A stretch of DNA of 64,000 nt from an uncultured Gammaproteobacteria bacterium. GTDB lineage: Bacteria > Pseudomonadota > Gammaproteobacteria > UBA9214. The stretch spans positions 215,020 to 279,019 of the forward strand of contig CAWDLS010000001.1 in assembly GCA_963803275.1 (NCBI GenBank), in the 5' to 3' direction. The notes beneath the pieces were generated by a model. That model worked only from the letters and a program-made list of their open reading frames with translations, was not told the DNA's origin and searched no databases. A program made the position numbers and the translations under genes. Positions 1 to 9,300 of this stretch are shown here, one piece after another (the first letter of the stretch is position 1; each line of letters opens with the position of its first letter).

Positions 1-462
1 ATTGCCGGACGGGTTGCACAACAGTTCAATCGACGTAAGGCACGTAAAGGCGCCTACTGGGAAGATCGCTACCATGCAACCGCCGTTCAGTCGGACGGGC
101 ACCTGGCGCGGTGTATGGTTTATATCGATTTGAACATGGTCCGTGCCTGCGCGGTGAAACACCCGGTGGACTGGGTGCACGCAGGCTACAACGAAATTCA
201 GTCGTCGCCACAGCGCTACCGGTGTATCGATGTGGCCACACTTGCTACTTTACTGGGTTTTTTCGATGCAGACAGTTTGCGCGACGGGCTGCGTACATGG
301 GTGAATCTGGCACTTGTGAAAGGCAATCTGGGCCGTGAACCGGCATGGAGCCAAAGTATCGCCGTGGGTCAGCGTGAATACCTGGATGCGATTGGTCGCG
401 AACTGAAAATTAGTCATCCGGGGCTAAAGATCAAGGGCGATGCAGATATCTTGTTCCTGTGA
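1..462 (+). mobile_element. REP-associated tyrosine transposase (RAYT, Y1_Tnp/IS200-like), 3' part; 5' end lies outside the window
   Basis: Frame 1 is open from base 1: IAGRVAQQFNRRKARKGAYWEDRYHATAVQSDGHLARCMVYIDLNMVRA, matching the RAYT pattern N-RR-R-G-(F/Y)WE-RY...YI-LN-VRA; the HUH motif would be upstream of the window. Confidence 0.85.
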
Positions 463-464
463 GA

Positions 465-586
465 GGGATCAGGCCATTATTTATCTAAAAAGCTGCCCGA
501 AAAGTACGATCTATGTCTGGAAGAGAGTCAGACATCAATATTAACCGATTACTTATCAGTAAATTGTGAAGGTCAGACCCCAAATA
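465..586. repeat. Three degenerate REP-like motifs just downstream of the transposase
   Basis: GGGATCAGGCCATTATTT (465-482), GAGTCAGACATCAATA (525-540), GGTCAGACCCCAAATA (571-586); also hairpin ATGTCTG(513-519)/CAGACAT(529-535). Confidence 0.4.
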
Positions 587-617
587 ACCACCGAGTAACC
601 CGATAACAACACAAGCG

Positions 618-1520
618 TCAGACTTCGATCGCAAGCCGCGACCCGGGATGTACCGTCTTGGAACCGGGGAAGATCAGGAACATGACACCTTCCAGCTGAC
701 GTTCGACCTCTTCCTGGATCGCCACGTGCTGCTCGGGTATCAGGCCGGTGACCTGCCAGACGATCGGATGCACCTGTGACACGATCGAGTCTCCCTCGTC
801 CACGGCAGTCAGGCTGCCATCACTGAGCACCCCGGCGAGATGTACTATCGAGGACTCCAGAGAATTGGCAGCCGGCTGCTCTGGTGTAACGTGTAGCTGC
901 ACCGGCTCCCACAGGACCTTGGGTAGCCCCCATTGCTGCAACAGGGCCCCGCCCAGCTGGGCATAATCGAAGCCGACCAGGTCACGCTCCACCGCGTGCA
1001 GTGAGCGTCGATCCGCCCTGGCACATAGCAGCGCCTCTTTTGCTTCGTCCGGGATCGTCCGGTACATGACCAGATGCCCGATGTCACGCAGCAGACCGGC
1101 GACAAACAGCCGCTCGCTCTCCATTATGTTGCAGTTCACTGCCAGCAGACGCGCGGCGGCGGCGCAGTAGACACTGCGTGTCCAGAACGCATGCATGTCC
1201 ATCACCTCGATGGACATGCCGGAAAAAGTCTGTGCCACCGAGGTGGCGAGCACCAGGTCGTGTACCTGCTGCGAACCGAGCATGCCGACAGCACGCGAAA
1301 TGGTTTCAATCTTTGAGGCAAAGCCAAAATAGGGGCTGTTGACCTGGCGCAGCAGACGTGTGGCTACAGCTGGATCCGAGCTGATGACATCCTCGATATC
1401 GGAGACGGTATAGTCGGGATCGTCCAGTACGTCCCTCAGGCGCAGATAGACAGCCGGCAGCGTCAACAGCTGCGCGTGCGTAGTTACTTTTTCCCAGAGG
1501 CTATTGGTCGGCTGTTCCAT
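618..1520 (-). CDS. Stand-alone HDOD domain protein
   Basis: LLTLPAVYLRL...ISSDPAVATRLLRQVNSPYFG...AGLLRDIG...DYAQLGGALLQQWGLP is the HDOD pattern; GAGGAG ribosome-binding site before the ATG. Confidence 0.9.
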   Translation of the reverse strand: MEQPTNSLWEKVTTHAQLLTLPAVYLRLRDVLDDPDYTVSDIEDVISSDPAVATRLLRQVNSPYFGFASKIETISRAVGMLGSQQVHDLVLATSVAQTFSGMSIEVMDMHAFWTRSVYCAAAARLLAVNCNIMESERLFVAGLLRDIGHLVMYRTIPDEAKEALLCARADRRSLHAVERDLVGFDYAQLGGALLQQWGLPKVLWEPVQLHVTPEQPAANSLESSIVHLAGVLSDGSLTAVDEGDSIVSQVHPIVWQVTGLIPEQHVAIQEEVERQLEGVMFLIFPGSKTVHPGSRLAIEV

Positions 1521-1855
1521 GAGGATGCTCCCTCATCCATTGTCGGCCCTGCATGCGGGATCTTGACAGGCACCGGCGAGCAGGTGTGGCCTCGTGCGCC
1601 TTCCTTTCTGTTACGTACCCAAAAGGTGTCTGAAACATACGATCTAAGCGTGGAAAACAGCTGTTCCCTCGTATTAACTTATTGCATATCAGTATGCTGG
1701 GGAGGTCTGACCCATATCACAACCGGAGCATCGCTGCGTGACTGGTCAGGATCACACCCAGCAGGAACGAAGATATGATGAAGTGAGTATCGTCGGTGAT
1801 TGCGATCTGGGCAAAAAGACCCCGCTCCCGGTGCTGGCCAGACCGACCGTGGCAA

Positions 1856-2031
1856 TCAGCTGCGGGGAATACTGAGCCTGGTACGTGCTACATAGGTGGC
1901 CTGCGCGCCTTGACCCGCAACAGTGGTGACACCGACCTCCAGCGCGTACTCGTTGTTGATCATGAACGCGACCACGTCGATCAGCATGAGCAGTGCCACC
2001 ACGACAGCAGTACATAACCGATCTGCCTCAC
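1856..2031 (-). pseudogene. Possible small membrane protein gene with a 1-nt frameshift
   Basis: GGGGG-spacer-GTG start reads MRQIGYVLL; one missing base joins it to VVALLMLIDVVAFMINNEYALEVGVTTV...; GC-rich third positions in the distal frame. Confidence 0.3.
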
Positions 2032-2196
2032 AGTGTACCCCCGACCCGGGCACTGGTATTCAGTTGAAGGTCTCTTCGCTCCCGGGACGGTCTGTGCATG
2101 CAGAATATCCACCAGCACCGGCTGGGCCGGCGCGTGGAGAAGATCCAGTGTGGATGAGGTGCCCGGCAGTCAACCTGGTGGGGATTCAGTCCCGCA

Positions 2197-3021
2197 CTAC
2201 GGCAGGCCAGCCAGCACCTTTACGAGGAGTTCACCGTCCTGGGGCACCAGGCTGTGGCCGGCCGGAATCGTGACCAGCGTTGAACGGCCGCGCAGGGCCG
2301 GCACATTGTTCATGTCCTGGCTGTAGGCGGGTACGATGTTGTCGCCCCAGCCTGCTTCCGCTTCGGCACGCACAATCGAGACATACTTGATGTCCGGGTG
2401 CGGCTGGGTGTTCAGCCAGAACAGCAGGCTGCCCGGCTGTGGACGTATCAGGTCCACATACAGACTGCGCGAGCGCATGGCCGTGTGATAGGGGTCACCG
2501 CCGAAGAAATCCGTTACGAGTGAAAACGGGAACGGGATGTCGGTCGCATCCAGGGCCTGTTCGGCCCGGTATGTCCCGAGATGCGGGCTGGCAATGGTGA
2601 TGAGCGCCTTGACGTTGCGGGTATCGCCGCGTACCAGCGCGGCTCGGGCTACCACACCGCCGGCCGAATGGCCGACCAGCACGACCGGTTCCTGTGGGTG
2701 GTTGACGGTGATGGCGGCGAGGACCTCATGCAGCTGGCCTACCTGCACCAGGATAGGGGCCTCGGATGGCAGATCGACCGCATAGAACCTGTTCCTGGCC
2801 TGCACGCCCTGCGCGGGGAAAAAACTGATACCACCCGGCCCCGCGGCATACACACCCGCGCGTTGCCAGCCGTGCTGCCGCAGCACCGTGGTCACGCCGC
2901 TCTCGTCCCAGTAACCCGCGCCGCTCAGGTAACCGTGTATCAATACGAGTACCTCGGCGCGCGCACCCGCGGCGGTCAGCACCAGGAACGGGAGCAGCAC
3001 AACCAGGATCATTTTCTTCAT
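2197..3021 (-). CDS. Secreted alpha/beta hydrolase (lipase/esterase-like)
   Basis: Signal peptide MKKMILVVLLPFLVLTAAGARA; LIHG oxyanion motif; GHSAG nucleophile motif; ITIASPHLG. Confidence 0.85.
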   Translation of the reverse strand: MKKMILVVLLPFLVLTAAGARAEVLVLIHGYLSGAGYWDESGVTTVLRQHGWQRAGVYAAGPGGISFFPAQGVQARNRFYAVDLPSEAPILVQVGQLHEVLAAITVNHPQEPVVLVGHSAGGVVARAALVRGDTRNVKALITIASPHLGTYRAEQALDATDIPFPFSLVTDFFGGDPYHTAMRSRSLYVDLIRPQPGSLLFWLNTQPHPDIKYVSIVRAEAEAGWGDNIVPAYSQDMNNVPALRGRSTLVTIPAGHSLVPQDGELLVKVLAGLP

Positions 3022-3532
3022 CGCTTTACCTTACCTCAATACAACCGGTGACATCTGACAGGTCCCGCGACGGCATGCAGCGCGATGTCAGCCCCGCAGC
3101 CTCCTGGTGTTCGTTCTCGCTGGGATGCGGTTAGTATATAAGAGTTTGCTTAATAAGCAAGATAGAATATTTGAATATCCATAGCCTGGAGGCCGGAATT
3201 TTTCCTCATCGTTAACATGACCTTATGCGACGAAGCTGGAAAGCACGTTGTCCGACCTGCAGGAGAACACGTCGGCTTAACCGCGTGTGACTGTTAATTC
3301 TCTATATATACAATGAGTTATGTGTTATTAAAGGGCGCGTAGGAATTTTTTTCTACCGGTTTCTGAATATATCAACATTACCTGATTCCTATATACCAGC
3401 ATTATCAGTTTCCTACATCCGGCCCCTCGGTAACACCAAAATTAACGCCAAATGATTGTGGTTGACAGTCTCCGGCCCAACGGGCGTAATCATATCCATT
3501 CATTGATCAGGTCTTGTTGCAGGAGCGATCCC

Positions 3533-3727
3533 TTGGAAAACATTACCTTCGATGTCGACGAGTTGTCACGCCTGGACAGGATGGAACAGGCACTACGCCT
3601 CGAAGAGGCGGCGCGCCGGATCGATGAAGTGCAACGTGCTGCCGCTGATGATCCCGACTCACTCAACTGGGTCGAACAACAGCGACAATACCTAGTGGAT
3701 ATGCAGCATTTGATATTTGAGTGTTAG
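3533..3727 (+). CDS. Small helical hypothetical protein (64 aa)
   Basis: AGGAG site followed by TTG at 3533; LENITFDVDELSRLDRMEQALRLEEAARRIDE...; intrinsic terminator directly downstream. Confidence 0.65.
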   Translation: MENITFDVDELSRLDRMEQALRLEEAARRIDEVQRAAADDPDSLNWVEQQRQYLVDMQHLIFEC

Positions 3728-3748
3728 CCCGACACCAACCTCCATTAC

Positions 3749-3779
3749 AACCCGCCCGAGTGGCGGGTTTCTTTTTTCT
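3749..3779 (+). terminator. Rho-independent terminator
   Basis: AACCCGCC-CGAGT-GGCGGGTT stem-loop followed by TCTTTTTT. Confidence 0.85.
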
Positions 3780-3865
3780 GTCGGTTTTGTCACTCAACGG
3801 GTCGCAAGATCCGGCCTGTATCAGTACCCTGAGGATAAAGTCCATGTAACAGAATTCCGTCAGGT

Positions 3866-4348
3866 ATGAATATCAGGCTGTCCGTTGAACTCATATTGCT
3901 GCTGCTCGTCGCCAACGGGACACCGGTGCTGATGGCCCTGCTGCTGGGCAGTCGCTGGAGCATGCCGCTGGATGGTGGCCATGTGTGCAGGGACGGCCAC
4001 CGCCTGCTCGGGGCTGCCAAGACCGTACGCGGCCTGCTGGTCTCCATACTGGCAACCACGCTGGCCGCCACCGCGCTCGGGTTTACCTGGTTGTATGGTG
4101 CATCGTTCGCTGGCCTGGCCATGCTCGGCGATGCAGCCTCCAGTTTCATCAAGCGCCGTATGGGCTATCCGGCGAGCTGTGCAAAACCGGTACTGGACCA
4201 GGTACCCGAGACCCTGCTGCCATTGCTGGTGCTGCAGCCCGTGACCGGGGCTGCGGCAGCGGAGATCATGGGGGCGATGATCGTATTTTCCATACTGGAC
4301 CTGCTGCTGCCCAGGCTCGTCAATAGCGGTCAGACGCGGTGCAGGTGA
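3866..4348 (+). CDS. CDP-archaeol synthase-like (CarS/DUF46) membrane cytidylyltransferase
   Basis: ANGTPV...PLDGG...DGHRLLGAAKTVRG...GDAASSFIKRRMG...LDQVPE, the CarS family motif order; hydrophobic throughout. Confidence 0.8.
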   Translation: MNIRLSVELILLLLVANGTPVLMALLLGSRWSMPLDGGHVCRDGHRLLGAAKTVRGLLVSILATTLAATALGFTWLYGASFAGLAMLGDAASSFIKRRMGYPASCAKPVLDQVPETLLPLLVLQPVTGAAAAEIMGAMIVFSILDLLLPRLVNSGQTRCR

Positions 4349-5304
4349 TGCAGGGTTATCTCCGGCGGGCAATTCAACCTGATATCCACGACACAGGCAC
4401 CGGAACCGGCCGAGGTGTAGCCTGACATGCCGTGATACCGCCAGGCACCGGCGCAGTACGCACGCGGGCAGGCCGCATTGCACATGACCGGAATTCCACC
4501 GGGCAGACAGATCTGGCCGGCGTGGGTATGGCCACACAGCATGACGTTGAAGTCCGCATGCGCGGCATGCCGGTAGATTTCGGGTGAATGCGCGAGCAGG
4601 ACCGAAACAGCGCCGTCCGGTATGTCATCGGCCGCCTTCTCGAGATTGTCAGCGCGGTAGAAGTGAGGATCATCGATGCCGGCCAGGAAAATGCGCTCGC
4701 CACCGCGCTCGATGGTAACCTGTTCATTCAGCAACATGCGGATGCCCATTGCCTCGATCGCCGGCAACATGCAGATAGAATCGTGATTGCCAAGGATGCC
4801 GAACACATCCTTGCCAAGTTGTACCCTGACATGCTGCAAACCGGCCAGTGCCGCATCACAGGATCCCCAGGTTTCCGCCCGGTAGTCACCGGTCAGCACG
4901 CACAGGTCATAACTCACCTTGCGCACCGCCTCGCCCAGCACATGCGGAATGTCCGGCGCCACATCCAGGTGCAGATCGGACAGATGCAGGATGGTGTAAT
5001 TCTCGAACGCACCGGGCAGACCCGGTATGCCGATATCATTATGGCGCACCTCGATCCGCCGCGCATTGCGCCGGCCCCGCTCGTGCAACATCACCAAACG
5101 CAGCGAGTTGCGGATAATCGAGCGCAGCGGATACATGTTCTCGATGTGGAAAAAGGTACGCCCCTGCCCGAAGACCCTGCGCGGGTGCGCCATCTCCAGA
5201 CCCAGTCGCTGTCTCAGATGGGTCTTGCCCACACGTGCCTGCAACTGCCGCAGCGTGGCCTCATCAATTTCGCCCGTAATCATCGGTTCATTGTCGAACG
5301 CCAT
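4330..5304 (-). CDS. Calcineurin-like metallophosphoesterase (YkuE-like)
   Basis: SDLH, TGDY, GNHD, AHSP, GHTHAGQ motifs; start moved to MAFDNEP at 5304 because the track's N-terminal extension looks non-coding. Confidence 0.9.
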   Translation of the reverse strand: MAFDNEPMITGEIDEATLRQLQARVGKTHLRQRLGLEMAHPRRVFGQGRTFFHIENMYPLRSIIRNSLRLVMLHERGRRNARRIEVRHNDIGIPGLPGAFENYTILHLSDLHLDVAPDIPHVLGEAVRKVSYDLCVLTGDYRAETWGSCDAALAGLQHVRVQLGKDVFGILGNHDSICMLPAIEAMGIRMLLNEQVTIERGGERIFLAGIDDPHFYRADNLEKAADDIPDGAVSVLLAHSPEIYRHAAHADFNVMLCGHTHAGQICLPGGIPVMCNAACPRAYCAGAWRYHGMSGYTSAGSGACVVDIRLNCPPEITLHHLHRV

Positions 5305-5914
5305 ATGGCAATTTTCAATCTGCCGGGAGCAGCCCTGCCGAACGTCGGGCCGGGACGATTTGGTACCCTGTCCACACCGGCACCGACCGGGCAAGACATC
5401 CCGCAGCGGAAACAGGAACAAATACCGGGAATGTCTCCACGAAACCGGGAAAAGTCGTAGCCGCATTCTTCATTGACCTGTCACCGAGACAGATTTCGGG
5501 TTCTTTACCGGTGAGCTCGATGACCCGAACCACCACACTGTCTGCGTACTGTACACGGCGCTACTCACTAATATTACATCGATCGTCATACTCGTCGCCG
5601 CAACGGTCATGTTTCACCGTCAGGGGACCAGGTCGGGCTGCAACACGTTTGTTACCTGCTATTGCCCTGCAGTCACTTTACCGGCGGCATGCCCTCCGGC
5701 CGGCTGCTGCCACCGGAGGACGCGTCAGCTTGCAGACGATAACCCGTTGCTGTTCTGCGGATGCAGTCACGTCGTGCCTTCCCTGCGCTGGACCGCCAGG
5801 ACGTTCTCGCGCTGAAGTTAACTGCACCACCGGCTGCGGCTTCGATCGCCCCGGCGACATGATCTGGTGGCCGTTATCGGGAAACAAAACGGAGTAGCTG
5901 TCTAGGCCGCTTAA

Positions 5915-5930
5915 TGGCATGTGAAATGCA
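5915..5930 (+). promoter_or_regulatory. Candidate sigma-54 (-24/-12) promoter
   Basis: TGGCATGTGAAATGCA has GG and GC at the correct spacing, with 2 mismatches to TGGCACRNNNNTTGCW; about 70 nt upstream of ATG 5998. Confidence 0.45.
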
Positions 5931-5997
5931 TGGTTATTATCGCATCCCCTGAAAACCCGGCCTGCCGTCAAATGCAGGAGCACAAGGAGATCTCGAC

Positions 5998-6222
5998 ATG
6001 AAAACATTAGAACTTCAATTAGTTACAGTAGGTCTGGATGATGGCAAACAGGGTATCTTCGTAGGCTTGCCACTGGTCACCGAACAGACGGCGGAGGAGA
6101 ACGGTCAGGTGGAAAACATCTGGTTTTCCAATGTAAAAGAGGTGCCTGGCAACCTGACCATGCAGGAATTGATGCACCTCATCGGCAAACAGCTGTTCGA
6201 CAAGCTGGCTACCCTCCAATAG
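5998..6222 (+). CDS. Small hypothetical protein (74 aa)
   Basis: AAGGAG site 7 nt before ATG; natural-looking composition MKTLELQLVTVGLDDGKQGIFVGLPLV... Confidence 0.7.
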   Translation: MKTLELQLVTVGLDDGKQGIFVGLPLVTEQTAEENGQVENIWFSNVKEVPGNLTMQELMHLIGKQLFDKLATLQ

Positions 6223-6706
6223 GCATAATACGTCAAGATTTCGACGACCGACTGGCTGTATTCCGTCACATTCTGGCGCTGTGTGGCGGCTATTGCGTAT
6301 AACCGGGGGTGGCTGTATCCCGAACCGGGCTTGCACGCAGACTTACCGGGCCACAATCAACCGGTATCCGGGCACGGGTAATTCACGCAAGCCGTACCGA
6401 CCGGACCGCTACCACCAATACGACATGGACATGCATGTACCGACGACAGCCGGCTGCTCAACACTGTATTAAACCGTCTGGTAGCAGACCCGGCAGTATA
6501 AAACCCGCTTACTGAGCCTGCATTAAATCAATCACCGCGTTTTCGAGTACACCAGGTGCCCCGCCTGCCCGCAATCGGAACGGCTGAACCCCTGCATCAC
6601 CGCACACGCCTCGCTGGATGCCCTCAAATCGGGATTGCCGCTCACTGGCAACGCCGGAAATCTCGTGCTTTGCAATCGGGTACACGATCGAACTCCCGTA
6701 ATATGA

Positions 6707-7392
6707 CGGGGCGACCTCCTGCCGCATCATCTGTACGCGTCGTTCCCGCCGGTCATCGACTCGTGCCAGCCGTCAGCGGGCGACCGGACGTACTCGCCAT
6801 CAGGCAGACACGATACCTCACCGGCACGGATTCGGGCATCGACGATACCTGGCCAATATGCCCGGACCGGTGAGGAAGCCCTGTCGTCATTACACTGCGT
6901 GCCCGTATCAACCACGATGCGCAATACCCGTGCCGTGGCTATCCGGCGCTTCATAATCAGGACACTTGCCCCGACCGTGATGAAGGCGTTACACACCCGC
7001 TGACATGCATTTATGCTGGCGTCAGGACGAGACCGTCTGTTGCGTGGAATGAGTTGCCTGCGACCGGGTGTTCCGGGTATCGCGCGGACTATCCGCGTGC
7101 GTTCAATCATCGCCCGTATTCCGGAACATCCGCGCGCGTACTGCTGATGCAGTGCCGGTGAATCCACACTGTACAGCGCGGGCGCCGGCCTGATGCCACA
7201 CCATCTGTACCGCCGGATCGAGGTCACCTTCCCGGTCCTTGACGAGGAGACCGGAACACGCATACTGGGTTTAGTGACAGATATCCTGCAGGCAACACAC
7301 AGGCCTGGATACTGGATCCGGAGGACAGACGCATACGCCTGAAACATGGCACCGGCAACCCGATAAGCGTGCGGACCAACCAGCTTGAATAA
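6707..7392 (+). pseudogene. ppk1: Polyphosphate kinase 1 remnant with frameshifts, a stop codon and an internal deletion
   Basis: Successive frames give RGDLLPHHLYASFPPVID, DVLAIRQTRYLTGTDSGI, VITLRAR, AGVR..LLRGMSCLRPGVPGIARTIRVRSIIARIPEHPR, LMPHHLYRRIEVTFPVLD and NTQAWIL, all recognisable PPK1 motifs in the correct order. Confidence 0.85.
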
Positions 7393-7542
7393 CCGGTCGA
7401 TCCCTGAAGCAACTTCGGTAGCGCAGCGCGGCAGGCACGGCTTGCCACCGGTGGTTTCGGCAATCGGCGTGCATAAGTCACGTCCGGCCTTGCGCCCGCG
7501 TCCACCTTTCGTTCCGGTACCGGCCGGCGGCCCGATAATCAC

Positions 7543-8064
7543 ATGAGCACGCGTACACTGCTACTGGTGCGGCACGGGAAATCCGACTGGAGCGCCGGTG
7601 CTGTGGACGATTTCAGCCGGCCGCTCAGCGGGCGCGGCAGGCGCAACAGCCGGCATATCGGGCTGTGGATTGCCGAACATGGGCTGCGGCCTGACATTCT
7701 CATCGCCTCGCCGGCGGCCAGGACCCTGCAAACGGCCACACTGATCTGCAAGGCGCTGCAGCTCCCCCCGGAGCAAATCGTGCAGGAGGAGCACCTTTAC
7801 CTGGCAGATCTTGTGACGTTGCTCGACGTGATCAGGCAGCTCCCGGCCAGCGCGCATTCGGCCGTGCTCATCGGGCATAATCCCGGCCTGGAGACTTTGC
7901 TGGCCAATCTTGCCGGCGCAGACATACCGCATCCCGCAGACGGCAAGTTGCTGCCCACGGCGGCGCTGGCCCACTTGCAGTTTGCCTCAGACTGGCAGCG
8001 ACAGGGCGCCGGGCAGGCACGGCTTGTCGAGCTGGTCAGGGCACGCAGCCTGGATGAAAAATAA
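7543..8064 (+). CDS. sixA: Phosphohistidine phosphatase SixA
   Basis: LLLVRHGKS, RPLSGRG, ASPAARTLQT, LIGHNPG. Confidence 0.9.
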   Translation: MSTRTLLLVRHGKSDWSAGAVDDFSRPLSGRGRRNSRHIGLWIAEHGLRPDILIASPAARTLQTATLICKALQLPPEQIVQEEHLYLADLVTLLDVIRQLPASAHSAVLIGHNPGLETLLANLAGADIPHPADGKLLPTAALAHLQFASDWQRQGAGQARLVELVRARSLDEK

Positions 8065-8174
8065 CCACACCCTGTCCCTGCGCAACCACACGTACCGCCG
8101 CGCCGGGAACGGTCGTTCGGTGCACAGTGGATCCTGTATAATGCCGTGGCTGGCAAATCATCACGGTACCCGAT

Positions 8175-8432
8175 ATGGCTCGAGTCAAGATCTACAGCAC
8201 CGCCAGATGTCCGTTTTGCGACAAGGCCAAGCAACTGCTCAGGAAATGGAAGATCCCCTACGACGAGGCGATGATCGATTCGGACATGGCGGCGCGGCGC
8301 GAATTCTCGGTCGCCACCAACGGCGCACGCACCGTGCCGCAGATTGTTGTTGACGGGGTTTGCATCGGCGGCTTTACCGAGCTGACCGAGATGCACATGG
8401 ATAACGCGCTTGATCACCTGGTCGAGAACTAG
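8175..8432 (+). CDS. grxC: Glutaredoxin 3 family
   Basis: CPFC active site; RTVPQI and IGGF motifs. Confidence 0.85.
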   Translation: MARVKIYSTARCPFCDKAKQLLRKWKIPYDEAMIDSDMAARREFSVATNGARTVPQIVVDGVCIGGFTELTEMHMDNALDHLVEN

Positions 8433-8442
8433 CAGGAACCGA

Positions 8443-8778
8443 ATGAAAGACAAGAAGATCTACCGCATTTCCTTTTATAATCAGGGTAGCATCTACGAGC
8501 TGCACGCCCACAGCATCCAGCAGAGCAGCATGTATGCCTTCGTGGAAGTCGAGGGCATCATCTTCGGCGAGCGCAGCTCGGTCGTGGTCGATCCATCCGA
8601 GGAACGGCTGAAGTCGGAATTTCTGGGCGTCAGGCGCACGTACATCCCGCTGCAGGCTGTCATTCGCATCGACGAGGTTGAACGCGAGGGCAGCAACAAG
8701 ATCATCGAGGGCGGCGCCGCATCCGGCACGATCATGCCCTTCCCGGTGCCTCAACCGGGGCGCAAACCCGACACCTGA
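8443..8778 (+). CDS. DUF1820 family protein
   Basis: IYRISFYNQGSIYELHA...VVVDPSEERLKSEF..V.RTYIP..AVIRIDEV. Confidence 0.8.
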   Translation: MKDKKIYRISFYNQGSIYELHAHSIQQSSMYAFVEVEGIIFGERSSVVVDPSEERLKSEFLGVRRTYIPLQAVIRIDEVEREGSNKIIEGGAASGTIMPFPVPQPGRKPDT

Positions 8779-8874
8779 ACCGACCGCACCGGCCATCAGC
8801 CGGCCACTTGCCTTCTTCTGTCAAGTATCGTCCAATAGTAAAAGTGACAATAATCCGACAAGTGGAGGAGCGGC

Positions 8875-9300
8875 ATGGACTATTCCAATATCATCACACC
8901 CAAGCGCCTGACCAACATGCAGGAGATGGAGGTTCACGTCAGCGGGCCGGATGGTGCCAACCGTCTGTTTATCCACAGTGGTATGGCCGAGGTCGAACTC
9001 TGCGGCGGCCTGCCCCACCCGCGCTGGTCGCTGGAAATTGTCTGTTTTGACCTGGGCAGAAAGTACGACTGCGACAACGGCGAAGAAGTCATCAAGATCG
9101 TGGCAACGGCCGCGCTGGCAGGCGGGCGCACGGACGGGGTGGCAAGTTTTGCCGGCTGGCAGATATTCGGAGCGGCAGGAGAACTGGACCTGTCAGATTG
9201 CCGGGTGCGCATGAATATCGCTGCGGGTGCGCGTGATACCCAGGCGTTCCTGGAACAGATCTGCTTCCACGTCAACATACTGGCCAAGGTCAACGAATAG
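8875..9300 (+). CDS. Hypothetical protein (141 aa, beta-rich)
   Basis: GGAGGAG site before ATG; coding-like codon use; no family recognised. Confidence 0.75.
   Translation: MDYSNIITPKRLTNMQEMEVHVSGPDGANRLFIHSGMAEVELCGGLPHPRWSLEIVCFDLGRKYDCDNGEEVIKIVATAALAGGRTDGVASFAGWQIFGAAGELDLSDCRVRMNIAAGARDTQAFLEQICFHVNILAKVNE

Noticed and set aside
6727-7542. 271-aa minus-strand ORF
   Set aside because: No recognisable motifs; it is the antisense of the ppk1 remnant
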